From: a virus
IMG/VR virus record: IMGVR_UViG_3300037313_000833
DNA length: 64,000 nucleotides
Reading direction: 5' to 3' (one strand)
The notes under the pieces are model-generated. The model was not told the origin of the DNA, ran no database searches, and saw only the letters and a program-made list of their open reading frames with translations. Shown in pieces: positions 1-9,213 of the stretch; the stretch's first letter is position 1, and every line of letters begins with the position of its first letter. Both the position numbers and the translations under genes were made by a program.

Positions 1-1
1 A

Positions 2-364
2 GGTCAAACTTTCGCTTTCACGAACAATGAAGACATCGATGACGGGATCTCGATTTCGACTGACGACCTTGCGTCCACCATGCAAACGGAAGGCTTTTTC
101 CGCGCCTCGAATGAGCGCGTGAAGCTTGAGACCCTTCAGGTGAAGTTCCCGAAATTGTCCTCCCGAAATGGCGAAGACACAAATTACAAAGGCCTCATCA
201 AGATGATGCGCTTTGTGGGAACGACCCAGCCTTTCCTCACGGTCGTTGACCCTAATGAGCCCTATTTCTCGCTCATGTGGGGTCAACTCAAAATGATCCC
301 AGGCCGGATGTATTCGATTAATCGTTACACCGACTTCAACATGTCCATCGAGGAAGTCTACTGA
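2..364 (+). CDS. hypothetical structural-module protein, 5' end cut by the window edge
   Basis: Frame 2 is open from nt 2 to TGA 362-364; the ORF track shows it only from Met at 80. It lies directly upstream of the tail-fibre genes. Confidence 0.6.
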   Translation, partial: GQTFAFTNNEDIDDGISISTDDLASTMQTEGFFRASNERVKLETLQVKFPKLSSRNGEDTNYKGLIKMMRFVGTTQPFLTVVDPNEPYFSLMWGQLKMIPGRMYSINRYTDFNMSIEEVY

Positions 365-373
365 TTTTGACAC

Positions 374-393
374 GAGTATATATCTAGTAGGAG
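374..393 (+). promoter_or_regulatory. copy 1 of the GAGTATATATCTAGTAGGAG upstream motif (putative late promoter plus SD-like AGGAG)
   Basis: A 20-mer identical to 6504-6523, with near-identical copies at 27515 and 32778. It precedes fibre gene 421. Confidence 0.55.
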
Positions 394-420
394 TTTCCAA
401 GCTTCGCGAGGTATACCTGA

Positions 421-3400
421 GTGAGTCAAACAATCTTTAAAGATCCAGTCGTTACATCCTCTCCGGTCCGTACTGGGACAGGCAACGGGTCCGTGCAGAT
501 TGACCGCTTGACCCATTTCACGGTCCCGCAGACCTATACCCTGACCTGTCTCGCGAAAACGCCTGACACCCTTTTCGTCGTCTCCGGTGACAAAGACGGG
601 AACGTCGGGATTGCGACCGTAGGAACCCAGTTTTTCGATCAGGATCTCAAAGTCTTTTTCACGATCACCCAAGGCTCCCAGGCGTTCGAAGTGGGCGACC
701 AGTTCGTTTTCACGGTCGGAAGCGGAACCGACCTGAACCAAGCGAACATCGACGAATACGACGAACTCCCTCAAAAGAACTTCGGCCCAGGGCTGAAGGG
801 TTTTGCGCGCGGCGATGATAACCTTCGTTTCAATGATGTCGCTGTTAAGGCCGCGAAATTTATCGATGATTTAAAATACGTCGCGCAAACCGCGGGCTCA
901 ACTGGAAACGACATCACGATCGAGTACGCTCAGACCGTTCCTGCGATCGCCGCAAGCCTTGTTCTCCAGGATCTCACCTTCACGGCCATCACCCCTGGTG
1001 CGGCTGGAAACAATTTAAATGTCCAGTACTTAGACTATACCCCCGCACAAAAAGCACGTGTAACGATTCAAAACTTGGAGTACCAAGCCGTTACCGCTGG
1101 AACTTCGGGGAACTCTATTACGGTTGCTTATACGACCGGCGGAACCGCTGGGTCGGAAGTCGTGACGGTTGTCGGAAGCGCCATTTCCGTCCAGATTCAA
1201 TCTGGAGTCTCGACGGCTGGACAAATTGCGGCCGCAATTGCTGCATTTCCTGCGGCCGCGGCGCTTGTCACGACTGCTTTTAAACCGTTGGCTGGAAACT
1301 CCAGTACGGCTCAATCCGCTCCAGTTTCCGCGACAAGCCTCACCGGGGGCTCGAATTCCATCGGTGCCGCTGGATCTGAAGTCGTCTCCGTTGTGGGGAA
1401 CGCGATCACTGTTACCCTCCAGTCTGGAACGTCAACTGCAACCCAAGTCAAAGCAGCTCTTGACGCCTCATCCGCGTTCACGGCTCTCGCATCCGTTGCG
1501 ATCAGTGGAACCGGCTCGCACGCTCAGACCTCATTTGTGACTGCTCAGAACTTCACGGGCGGCGCGAACATCAAAGGCCCTGCTGGATCTGAAGTCGTGG
1601 AAGTGACCGGATCTGCGATCAAGGTTTTCCTCGAGTCAGGAAAATCCACCTTCACTCAAGTCCGTACAGCTGTCCTCGCATCAACCCCAGCCTCGGCGCT
1701 TGTCGACTGTCAGCTCATCGGCTCAGGTTCGAACTTCGTTTATGCTCCGATGTCGGCCGTAAATCTGGTCGGCGGTCTTAATAAATTCTTTGCATTTAAT
1801 CATGATGAGTTTTCTGACGCTACGAACTTCACCGAAGGGAATGCGTCGATTCAAGCTCGCGATGCAACCCTTTCCGGAAAAGTCGAAATCTCCGGTCACA
1901 CGCATCTCTCTGATGTGCTCTCCCTTGCTGACGGAAGTTCTGGTCAGCCTATTTCGAACGTTCAGCGCGCAATCAATAGTCTCATCGGCCGTGGAAAACT
2001 TCAGCTCCATCTGAACAATGACGGAACCTTCCGATGGGATGGCTCTCAGCTTGTTCTCGCGCAGGACTTGAAAATCATGTTCCGCGACGGAACCGTTGTA
2101 AATACGATTTCTGCTGGAACCTTCTCCCTGTCTGATGGTCAAAGCTTGTACGCTTTCTTGTACGACCTTTCCAGTCAAACGCTTACGACTGCGGTCGGAT
2201 CAAGTGTCCCAGCAAACTTCCCAGCATTCCGTATCGCAACCCGCGTGGGCGATAAACTTTACTGGTTCAATAACGTTGTCTCGTATGCTTACGATGTCGG
2301 CCGAATCGGAGAAGGTGGAAATTTCCGTCAACAAATGATGACCCTTTTGACCGGCGGAGGAACTGTTTCGGTTCCATCCGGAGGCGGATCGGTTGCATGG
2401 TCAGGCGCGCTGTTCGTAAAACCGCTCGGCTCTTCAGCGCTCATCACGATCGCAACGGGTTCAGTCACCATGAACGATGACGATGTCGCGTACATCGATC
2501 TCGATGACCCGATCACAACGGCAACCAAAACCCTGACCGTTGTTCCTCGATCAACCGCAGGTTTGAACCGTCCAGACCGTCTTTGGATTTTCCATCGTGG
2601 CGGAAATCGCATTCATGTTCGCAATGGAACGGCGATCTCTCCAGGTGAAGAAACGACCATCGGCGACGCAATGTCAGACGACACTCTGACCTTCATCGGC
2701 GCGGCAAGCCGTACCGACAACGCTCCAGCATACACCACGGCAAACGGTGGATCGACTGCAAACAACTATATCGCTGACGGCGACAGCTTGACTAAAGCAG
2801 TCAAGAAACTCGACACGCAAGCGAAGACCGATGCGGACAATCTGACGACGCACGCGACTGCAACCTCCGGCGTTCACGGAGTCACGGGAAATGTTGTCGG
2901 AACAACTGACACCCAAACCCTGACGAATAAAACTTTCGATGACGCGATCACGATGAAAGAGATCGCAACCCCATCGAATCCAGCTTCCGGATACGGTAAG
3001 CTTTACCGCAAGGCTGATGGTAATCTGTATACCATCAACTCTTCTGGCACGGAAACCCAGGTCGGCACGGGCTCCGGTGGATCAGGCGCAGGAGGCGGGG
3101 CTCTTGTTAGCTTGAGTTACCGCGCGGAGTTTGCAGCTCCTCTCGATGATGCTCCGACGACTGATACCAGCGTCGACACCTCCACGGGGTACACTGACGC
3201 AAACACGTACCAGTCAACCGGCAAGCTCTATAAACTTTCTTATGATGCGACGAAGACGGTGACGACTAGCGGTACAAACTTCACGCTCTCAGGTGCTCCG
3301 GGCTTCACGATCAAGGCCGGTGACATGATCATCGTGTCCGGCGAGACTCCTAAGCGCATCACGACTGTCACGACCCAGACCACAGGTGTTTTAGAATCTG

Positions 3401-5946
3401 CGTTCAGCACGAATCAAACGGGCGCTGCATGTAACGTTTCTCAGGCTGTCCATACGGTTGACCTGAACAACTACGCGGGATCAGGACTTCCGATCTCGTC
3501 TGAAATCACGACCACGATCGATTCCGTTCTCGTCGATTATGACGACACCGTCACGGTCGGAGATTCTATCCTTGATGTTACGGCTTCAAACGTTGCTGTC
3601 TCGGCATCTGTCGACAACGGCTCAAGCTGGAGCGCTGTCTTCCGTCGCACGAATGATGTGAACACTTCTGCGACTCCTCAAGGCTTTACTACCGCAGGAA
3701 CCCAGCTCAAGCTTCGTTTCTTCGCCGACAAGACTTCCGGTTCTGGAACTGTAAACCTTCTTCGCTACACGGCCTATTTCCATACGCAAACCGTTACTCA
3801 GAACGGAAATATGGCGGCCCAAGCCGCGGGCTTTACGGATGGTTCAGGCTCTCTGAACTGTACGTTCTCCGTGGTCAACAATAAAACCCGCATCACTCTC
3901 ACGAATGGTGTGACTTACGTTCAGGGCGTTAATCCAGGCTCCGCAAACGGTCAGCTTGAAGTTTACGTCAACGGTCAAAAAATCCCTCGTTACGTTTCTT
4001 CAACTGTGACTCCGGATGCTTCTTACTCTGAAGTCGCTGCAAACGTGATCGATCTCGACAGCGATTACTCGGCTCTCAACCTTCTCGTTGAAGTCGTCAA
4101 GCGCGTCGGTGTCGTTGACACTGCGAACTCCAATACGGCTCGCATCACGGCTCTCGAACTGAAACCAGTAGGCATCAACTACATCACGGCTTCTGACGCT
4201 GAAAGCTCTTCTGCTGGATGGAATCGTTATCAGAATACGGCTTCGGCGACTCCTGTCTCAGGCACCGGGGGAACTCCTTCGGCTAGCACTACTTTTGGAA
4301 CGACGACCACAAATCCTCTTCGCGGACTCAGTTCCTTCCTTCTTTCGAAGGACGCTGCAAACCGTCAGGGTGAAGGACTCTCATATGACTTTACGATCGA
4401 CAGAACGGACCGTGCAAAGGTTCTCACGGTGTCGTTTGATTACGAAACGGGTGGAAGCTTCGTTCCTGCTGGCTTCGGCGTTGCTTCTGACCTCCAGATT
4501 TATCTTTATGATGTTACTAACAGTCTGGTCATTCAGCCTGCTGGTTATCTGATCGACGGAACTGGAAAACATAAAGCAACGTTTCAAACTGCATCGAACT
4601 CAACCTCGTATAGATTAATTTTTCACATCGCGAGTACGAACAGCTCAAGCTGGACGTTTAAGTTCGATAACATCAAGATCTCGCCAGAAACTACCATGCA
4701 AGGCGTTCCGGTCTCCGACTGGACTTCATATGTTCCTGCAAGTACCGCGGGTCTCGGAAATGCGACGACTAACCTTCAATGGCGTCGTAACGGAGGATCA
4801 GTTGAAGTTCGTGGAACTTTAGTCGCCGGATCAACTGTGGCAAGTGAAGCACGAGTCTCACTTCCTAGCGTTGTTTCTGACCCCGGACTTCCTACAATTT
4901 CCCACGCTGGAACATACGCCCGCTCTCCAAGTACCAGCAACCACGGCGGTCTAGTTCTCATTGAACCCGGCGTAAGTTACGTGACCTTTTCTGACCCCGG
5001 CACGTGGTCAGGTGTTTCAGCGGCATCGCTGTCTAAAGTTCTTGGAAACAGCATGGCGTCGGCTGGAGAAACGATTTCGATCAATTTCTCCGTTCCTATC
5101 CAAGGCTGGAGTTCAAACGTTGCAATGTCAAACGATACCGAGACTCGAATCGTATCGGCAAAAGCAGGTGGATCAGTGGGTTCCACAACTTCAGCTCCGC
5201 TGCTCTTCCCCACAGTAGAATTTGATACACATGGAATGTACTCTCCTTCAACGGGTAAGTTTACCGTGCCTGTTCCGGGATACTATGAGCTGTCATCTTA
5301 CATAAATGCCGCGGTAACTATCGTATACGATGCTGTCATTAATGGGGCCACGGCTAAACCATTCATGTGTTCAGCCCCAACGACTGGGCGTACAAGCGGA
5401 TCTATTATTCTGAAGCTGAATGCCGGAGACACAGTTTACGTCCAATCTGAAGGAGCAAGCGGAGCAATTGGCTCAGAGTCATGGATCGCATTGAAGAGAT
5501 TGTCCGGTCCTTCTGCAATTGCGGCGACTGAAGCCGTTAATGCAAAATATTATGTTTCATCAAGTCACACTGTGAGCACTAGCGCACAGGCGAACTTTGA
5601 TGGAAAGATTTACGACACTCATGGCGCGGTGACTACGGGTACGGCGGGCTCAGCAGGTACGTGGAAATTTACGGCGCCTGTGGCGGGAAAATACGCAGTC
5701 AAAACGTTCTGGAATAATAGTGTGTCAAACTCTTCATCGCACATATTCCTATACAAGAACGGCGTGAATCAAGAGTCCATGGGTTACATCCTTGGAACAA
5801 CCGGAGCTGGAACAGGCGCTACGACCATACAGCTCAATGCTGGAGATACTATCGATCTCAGATCCAGCGCAAGCTTCGGTCTGTTAGGCGCTGCGTATCC
5901 AGGAAACCTCGGTTCATGGATCGCAATTGAGAAGGTGGGTAACTAA
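421..5946 (+). CDS. giant tail fibre / receptor-binding protein (1841 aa) with tandem repeats, a CBM-like module and two C-terminal C1q/TNF-like domains
   Basis: GTG start just after an in-frame TGA, with GAGG 10 nt upstream. Internal AGSEVVxVxGxAIxV repeats. The C-terminus carries STGKFTVPVPGYYEL...LKLNAGDTVYVQ and WKFTAPVAGKYAV...IQLNAGDTIDL, both gC1q-like signatures. Confidence 0.9.
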   Translation: MSQTIFKDPVVTSSPVRTGTGNGSVQIDRLTHFTVPQTYTLTCLAKTPDTLFVVSGDKDGNVGIATVGTQFFDQDLKVFFTITQGSQAFEVGDQFVFTVGSGTDLNQANIDEYDELPQKNFGPGLKGFARGDDNLRFNDVAVKAAKFIDDLKYVAQTAGSTGNDITIEYAQTVPAIAASLVLQDLTFTAITPGAAGNNLNVQYLDYTPAQKARVTIQNLEYQAVTAGTSGNSITVAYTTGGTAGSEVVTVVGSAISVQIQSGVSTAGQIAAAIAAFPAAAALVTTAFKPLAGNSSTAQSAPVSATSLTGGSNSIGAAGSEVVSVVGNAITVTLQSGTSTATQVKAALDASSAFTALASVAISGTGSHAQTSFVTAQNFTGGANIKGPAGSEVVEVTGSAIKVFLESGKSTFTQVRTAVLASTPASALVDCQLIGSGSNFVYAPMSAVNLVGGLNKFFAFNHDEFSDATNFTEGNASIQARDATLSGKVEISGHTHLSDVLSLADGSSGQPISNVQRAINSLIGRGKLQLHLNNDGTFRWDGSQLVLAQDLKIMFRDGTVVNTISAGTFSLSDGQSLYAFLYDLSSQTLTTAVGSSVPANFPAFRIATRVGDKLYWFNNVVSYAYDVGRIGEGGNFRQQMMTLLTGGGTVSVPSGGGSVAWSGALFVKPLGSSALITIATGSVTMNDDDVAYIDLDDPITTATKTLTVVPRSTAGLNRPDRLWIFHRGGNRIHVRNGTAISPGEETTIGDAMSDDTLTFIGAASRTDNAPAYTTANGGSTANNYIADGDSLTKAVKKLDTQAKTDADNLTTHATATSGVHGVTGNVVGTTDTQTLTNKTFDDAITMKEIATPSNPASGYGKLYRKADGNLYTINSSGTETQVGTGSGGSGAGGGALVSLSYRAEFAAPLDDAPTTDTSVDTSTGYTDANTYQSTGKLYKLSYDATKTVTTSGTNFTLSGAPGFTIKAGDMIIVSGETPKRITTVTTQTTGVLESAFSTNQTGAACNVSQAVHTVDLNNYAGSGLPISSEITTTIDSVLVDYDDTVTVGDSILDVTASNVAVSASVDNGSSWSAVFRRTNDVNTSATPQGFTTAGTQLKLRFFADKTSGSGTVNLLRYTAYFHTQTVTQNGNMAAQAAGFTDGSGSLNCTFSVVNNKTRITLTNGVTYVQGVNPGSANGQLEVYVNGQKIPRYVSSTVTPDASYSEVAANVIDLDSDYSALNLLVEVVKRVGVVDTANSNTARITALELKPVGINYITASDAESSSAGWNRYQNTASATPVSGTGGTPSASTTFGTTTTNPLRGLSSFLLSKDAANRQGEGLSYDFTIDRTDRAKVLTVSFDYETGGSFVPAGFGVASDLQIYLYDVTNSLVIQPAGYLIDGTGKHKATFQTASNSTSYRLIFHIASTNSSSWTFKFDNIKISPETTMQGVPVSDWTSYVPASTAGLGNATTNLQWRRNGGSVEVRGTLVAGSTVASEARVSLPSVVSDPGLPTISHAGTYARSPSTSNHGGLVLIEPGVSYVTFSDPGTWSGVSAASLSKVLGNSMASAGETISINFSVPIQGWSSNVAMSNDTETRIVSAKAGGSVGSTTSAPLLFPTVEFDTHGMYSPSTGKFTVPVPGYYELSSYINAAVTIVYDAVINGATAKPFMCSAPTTGRTSGSIILKLNAGDTVYVQSEGASGAIGSESWIALKRLSGPSAIAATEAVNAKYYVSSSHTVSTSAQANFDGKIYDTHGAVTTGTAGSAGTWKFTAPVAGKYAVKTFWNNSVSNSSSHIFLYKNGVNQESMGYILGTTGAGTGATTIQLNAGDTIDLRSSASFGLLGAAYPGNLGSWIAIEKVGN
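1138..1790 (+). repeat. three tandem 71-75 aa coding repeats inside fibre 1
   Basis: Units begin near 1138, 1362 and 1575. Each reads (A/T)AGSEVVxVxGxAIxVxLQSGxSTxxQ(I/V)xxAxxA. More degenerate (Y/F)xAxTxGxxGNxIxVxY units precede them at about 870-1137. Confidence 0.85.
5524..5549 (+). repeat. 26-bp stretch identical to 8333-8358 at the linker between C1q-like domains
   Basis: GCGACTGAAGCCGTTAATGCAAAATA occurs in both fibre genes and encodes ATEAVNAKY. Confidence 0.9.
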
Positions 5947-5948
5947 TC

Positions 5949-6494
5949 ATGAGTAAGATCATAGGAGTTCACGCGAAGTCTCCCAGCACAAATTGGACAT
6001 CATACTCATTAACAATCGGCGGAACAACGACTGCTCCGACGAAAGGAACAACGACTAGGGACTCCGCACGATGGAGACGCGTCGGTGACTCAATCGAAAT
6101 TGAGTATGATTATAAACAAACAGGCGCAGGCTCCGCAGGAAGTGGATCATATTTGTTTTCGCTTCCATCGGGAATTACCATTGATTCTTCCAAAGCTCCC
6201 TTGTCCCTCGATGGTACAGTTGAGTTCGGTGTCGCCTCATTAGGCACTGGCGCAGATGGATATGTGAGCTTTTCCAATGGTATCGGAAAGGTGATCGCGC
6301 TCAGTTCAACTACATTCTCTATTGTGCGGCAAGTTGACTCCGGCGGTAACTTTGGAGTGACCAGGGACGTGATGGGTAGCTCCGTGTTTTCGCTTTCAAA
6401 TACCTCGATCATCCTCACGGTTCGGGCCAGATTCCCAGTTGTGGGATGGTCATCGAATGACCTTTTACGTACCTCTAACGGAACCAAGGTGTAA
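5949..6494 (+). CDS. fibre-associated protein carrying the W(R/Y)RR(V/N)GDS beta-domain shared with both fibres
   Basis: ATG lies 3 nt after the fibre 1 stop. NWTSYSL...ARWRRVGDSIEIEY...LPSGITIDSSK parallels DWTSYVP...LQWRRNGGSVEVRG in fibre 1 and IWYRRVGDSLHVRG...LPAGYTLDTSKF in fibre 2. Confidence 0.8.
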   Translation: MSKIIGVHAKSPSTNWTSYSLTIGGTTTAPTKGTTTRDSARWRRVGDSIEIEYDYKQTGAGSAGSGSYLFSLPSGITIDSSKAPLSLDGTVEFGVASLGTGADGYVSFSNGIGKVIALSSTTFSIVRQVDSGGNFGVTRDVMGSSVFSLSNTSIILTVRARFPVVGWSSNDLLRTSNGTKV

Positions 6495-6503
6495 CCGGAC
6501 CCT

Positions 6504-6523
6504 GAGTATATATCTAGTAGGAG
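6504..6523 (+). promoter_or_regulatory. copy 2 of the GAGTATATATCTAGTAGGAG motif
   Basis: Identical to 374-393. The AGGAG ends 7 nt before ATG 6530. Confidence 0.6.
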
Positions 6524-6529
6524 TTCCGG

Positions 6530-8749
6530 ATGAGCGTCGTAAAAACACTTAATAAAAACGCAACCGTTAAACAGCAGACCTCGGCTGATTTACCTAGTAA
6601 TCCGGTCAAGTATATTACTCAGCGCGGAAGCCAGACCTCGACTGACGGTCAGACGGTCATCAATCTAGGGTTTGCGGTTGACCTTAGTATCAAAGACGCT
6701 TTCCTTCTGATCGTGGACGGTAAGGTTCTTCTTGAAGGATCTGGAAACGACTACACTTTTACCTCCGTTCAATCGAACAATACTTCGGCTCAAGTCACGC
6801 TAACGCAATCCTTGACCGTCGGACTCAACATTTGTTACATCCTTCTCGGCGCCCTTGTTCAGACCGAACCATCGGTGAATACTCTTGCCGCAACCGTTGC
6901 AAGCCTTTCTAGTGGGAGCGGAACCGGCGGGATCAACTACATAACGGCTTACGATGCCGAAAAAACCGTTGCAGGCTGGAACAGATTTCAAGACGCGGCC
7001 GCGGCAACGCCTACCGACGGCACCGGGACTCTGACCGCGAATAACATCACGCTCACTCAGAACACTACTACTCCTCTTCGCGGAACGGCCGATTTTAAGA
7101 TCACAAAGGATGCTGTCAACCGTCAAGGTGAAGGAGTCTCTTACGACTTCACGATTGACCGTGCGGATCAAGCGAAACCTCTCACGATCACATTCGATTA
7201 TTCGGGCTCCGGTGTCACGTGGGCGACCTCGACAACCTCCATCGGTGATATACAAGTTTGGATTTACGATAAGGATGCAGCTCAACTTATTCAGCCAGCA
7301 GCGTATACGCTAGATGGATCAAAAAAGTTCAAAGGTGTTTTTCAAACCTCCGCATCAAGTTTGAACTATCGCCTGATTTTATTCGTCGGCGGAACGACAG
7401 CGACTTCCTGGACTTTCAATTTCGACAATGTAAAAGTAGGTCCAGATTATGCCTTGCTAGGCTGTCCAGTAACGGACTGGAAAAACGATCTCGCTTGGAC
7501 TTTTGGATCTGGTTACGCTGTTTCAAGTTATGGAATCTGGTATCGTCGCGTAGGGGATTCCTTACACGTTCGCGGATGGTTTCAATCCGGTACAGTATCA
7601 GCAGGAAGTCTTGGGTACATTCAGCTTCCTGCTGGCTATACACTTGACACATCTAAGTTTCCAAGCGGATCAAACGTACATAGAGTCGGCTTAGCAAGCC
7701 AACTGACCGCGGCGACAAACGCACTAGGTAGCTCGTCTCTTTATCAAGTCATATTCTATGACGGCTCTACAAATAATCAATTGTTCTTTGGATGGCAGGC
7801 GTCTAGCGCCCAGTACCAAAAAACCAACGCAAACAGTCTGATCAATTCCAATGAAAATTGTGCGTTTGAATTCAGCGTTCCTATAACAGGCTGGGGCTCG
7901 ACGACTCAGATGTCAAACGACACGGATACCCGTCTCGTTTCTTTTTACGCGCAAAACAATTCTAACCAGTCTCTTGCAACCGGCGTAAACCTTCAGTTTC
8001 CAAACAACATACAAGACTCGCATGGCGCTTGGAATGGAACGGATACCTATACTGTTCCAGTTCCAGGTGACTACTATGTGACAGGCTCCTTCAACATCAG
8101 CACACCTTCCGCTGGCGACGTTTACGTTTATAAAAATGGTGTCATGTTCATGCACCTAACAAGCTGGGTTTCAAACTCAAACTGTTACAACGGCGGAGCA
8201 TTATTGAGAGGTCTTAAGGCTGGCGATACTTTGAAGCTTCAGCATTCAGTATCGAGCGCAACATTTGTCGCAAACTCCGGATTGTATTTCTGGCTTTCGA
8301 TTTTCAGGTTGTCCGGACCTTCAGCGATCGCCGCGACTGAAGCCGTTAATGCAAAATACTATTGCACTGGGGTAGGCACTGCGAATGCTACTACTCCGAT
8401 CAATTTTGACGCTAAAGTTTACGACTCTCATGGGTTCGTTACCACTGGATCGGGCTGGAAAGCGACTGCGCCTGTCGCTGGAAAATACTCGATCAAGGTA
8501 CTGGTAAACCCTAACGTTGCCCCCGGCGGATCTGTCTATATGGACATTTATGTTAACGGGGTGCTGTATGAACATTTTGGATATGTCCCTGCGTCTTCGG
8601 GAAATCCGCTAAATTGCTCAACAACTATACCGCTTCTGGCTGGAGATACCGTTCAGATTAGAACAGGAAACTCATCACTCACCTACTTTGGAACCGCTTC
8701 GCTAGCGTCATTCCCGACAAAGATTGAGATTGAAAAGGTGGGTAACTGA
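6530..8749 (+). CDS. second tail fibre / receptor-binding protein (739 aa) with a CBM-like module and two C1q/TNF-like domains
   Basis: GINYITAYDAEK...NRQGEGVSYDFTIDR...WTFNFDNVKVGP is paralogous to fibre 1. The C-terminus carries TYTVPVPGDYYV...LKAGDTLKL and WKATAPVAGKYSI...LLAGDTVQI. Confidence 0.9.
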   Translation: MSVVKTLNKNATVKQQTSADLPSNPVKYITQRGSQTSTDGQTVINLGFAVDLSIKDAFLLIVDGKVLLEGSGNDYTFTSVQSNNTSAQVTLTQSLTVGLNICYILLGALVQTEPSVNTLAATVASLSSGSGTGGINYITAYDAEKTVAGWNRFQDAAAATPTDGTGTLTANNITLTQNTTTPLRGTADFKITKDAVNRQGEGVSYDFTIDRADQAKPLTITFDYSGSGVTWATSTTSIGDIQVWIYDKDAAQLIQPAAYTLDGSKKFKGVFQTSASSLNYRLILFVGGTTATSWTFNFDNVKVGPDYALLGCPVTDWKNDLAWTFGSGYAVSSYGIWYRRVGDSLHVRGWFQSGTVSAGSLGYIQLPAGYTLDTSKFPSGSNVHRVGLASQLTAATNALGSSSLYQVIFYDGSTNNQLFFGWQASSAQYQKTNANSLINSNENCAFEFSVPITGWGSTTQMSNDTDTRLVSFYAQNNSNQSLATGVNLQFPNNIQDSHGAWNGTDTYTVPVPGDYYVTGSFNISTPSAGDVYVYKNGVMFMHLTSWVSNSNCYNGGALLRGLKAGDTLKLQHSVSSATFVANSGLYFWLSIFRLSGPSAIAATEAVNAKYYCTGVGTANATTPINFDAKVYDSHGFVTTGSGWKATAPVAGKYSIKVLVNPNVAPGGSVYMDIYVNGVLYEHFGYVPASSGNPLNCSTTIPLLAGDTVQIRTGNSSLTYFGTASLASFPTKIEIEKVGN
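8333..8358 (+). repeat. 26-bp stretch identical to 5524-5549
   Basis: Same 26-mer, at the equivalent inter-domain position of fibre 2. Confidence 0.9.
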
Positions 8750-8751
8750 TC

Positions 8752-9201
8752 ATGGCGAAAACTAATCTAAATTTATCCATCAGAAGCGAGATATGGGTCA
8801 CATCTGCAAACGGATACGGCGCAACCAACACGAAAGTTCGTCGATGGACAACGGTTCAAAAAAACGTGGGAAGTGACATCACGTACACTGACGATGCGAA
8901 CTTAGGTGGAAAGTTCACCGTCAACACGGACGGTATTTATAACATTAGCTATGTGGATTCAATGGGCGCCGGTACGTTTCTAGGTATCGTTAAAAACGGA
9001 ACTCAAGGAACAACAAACGTCGGCCCGACGATCACTTCTTCAACGCTCCTAACGATTCAGCAGATCGTTGCAAACGCGATAGGATCAACCTCGGTGACAG
9101 TTAATCTGTCAGCAGGTGACTATGTTTGGGGACAAACAGAAGGATCAGCTACCACGGCCGGTACTATTCAAATGTTCAGAATCGTCAAGGTCAATAAGTA
9201 A
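8752..9201 (+). CDS. stand-alone C1q/TNF-like domain protein (149 aa)
   Basis: GGKFTVNTDGIYNISY...VKNGTQ...VNLSAGDYVWGQTEG. ATG lies 3 nt after the fibre 2 stop. Confidence 0.8.
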   Translation: MAKTNLNLSIRSEIWVTSANGYGATNTKVRRWTTVQKNVGSDITYTDDANLGGKFTVNTDGIYNISYVDSMGAGTFLGIVKNGTQGTTNVGPTITSSTLLTIQQIVANAIGSTSVTVNLSAGDYVWGQTEGSATTAGTIQMFRIVKVNK

Positions 9202-9213
9202 CCGAGGTTCCCG

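Noticed and set aside
367-372. TTGACA just upstream of late-motif copy 1 as its -35
   Set aside because: It lies only 4 nt from the TATATAT core and is absent from the other three copies.
1030-5218. Alternative-frame ORFs inside fibre gene 421-5946
   Set aside because: All are nested in the 1841-aa ORF, whose repeats and C1q-like motifs define the true frame.
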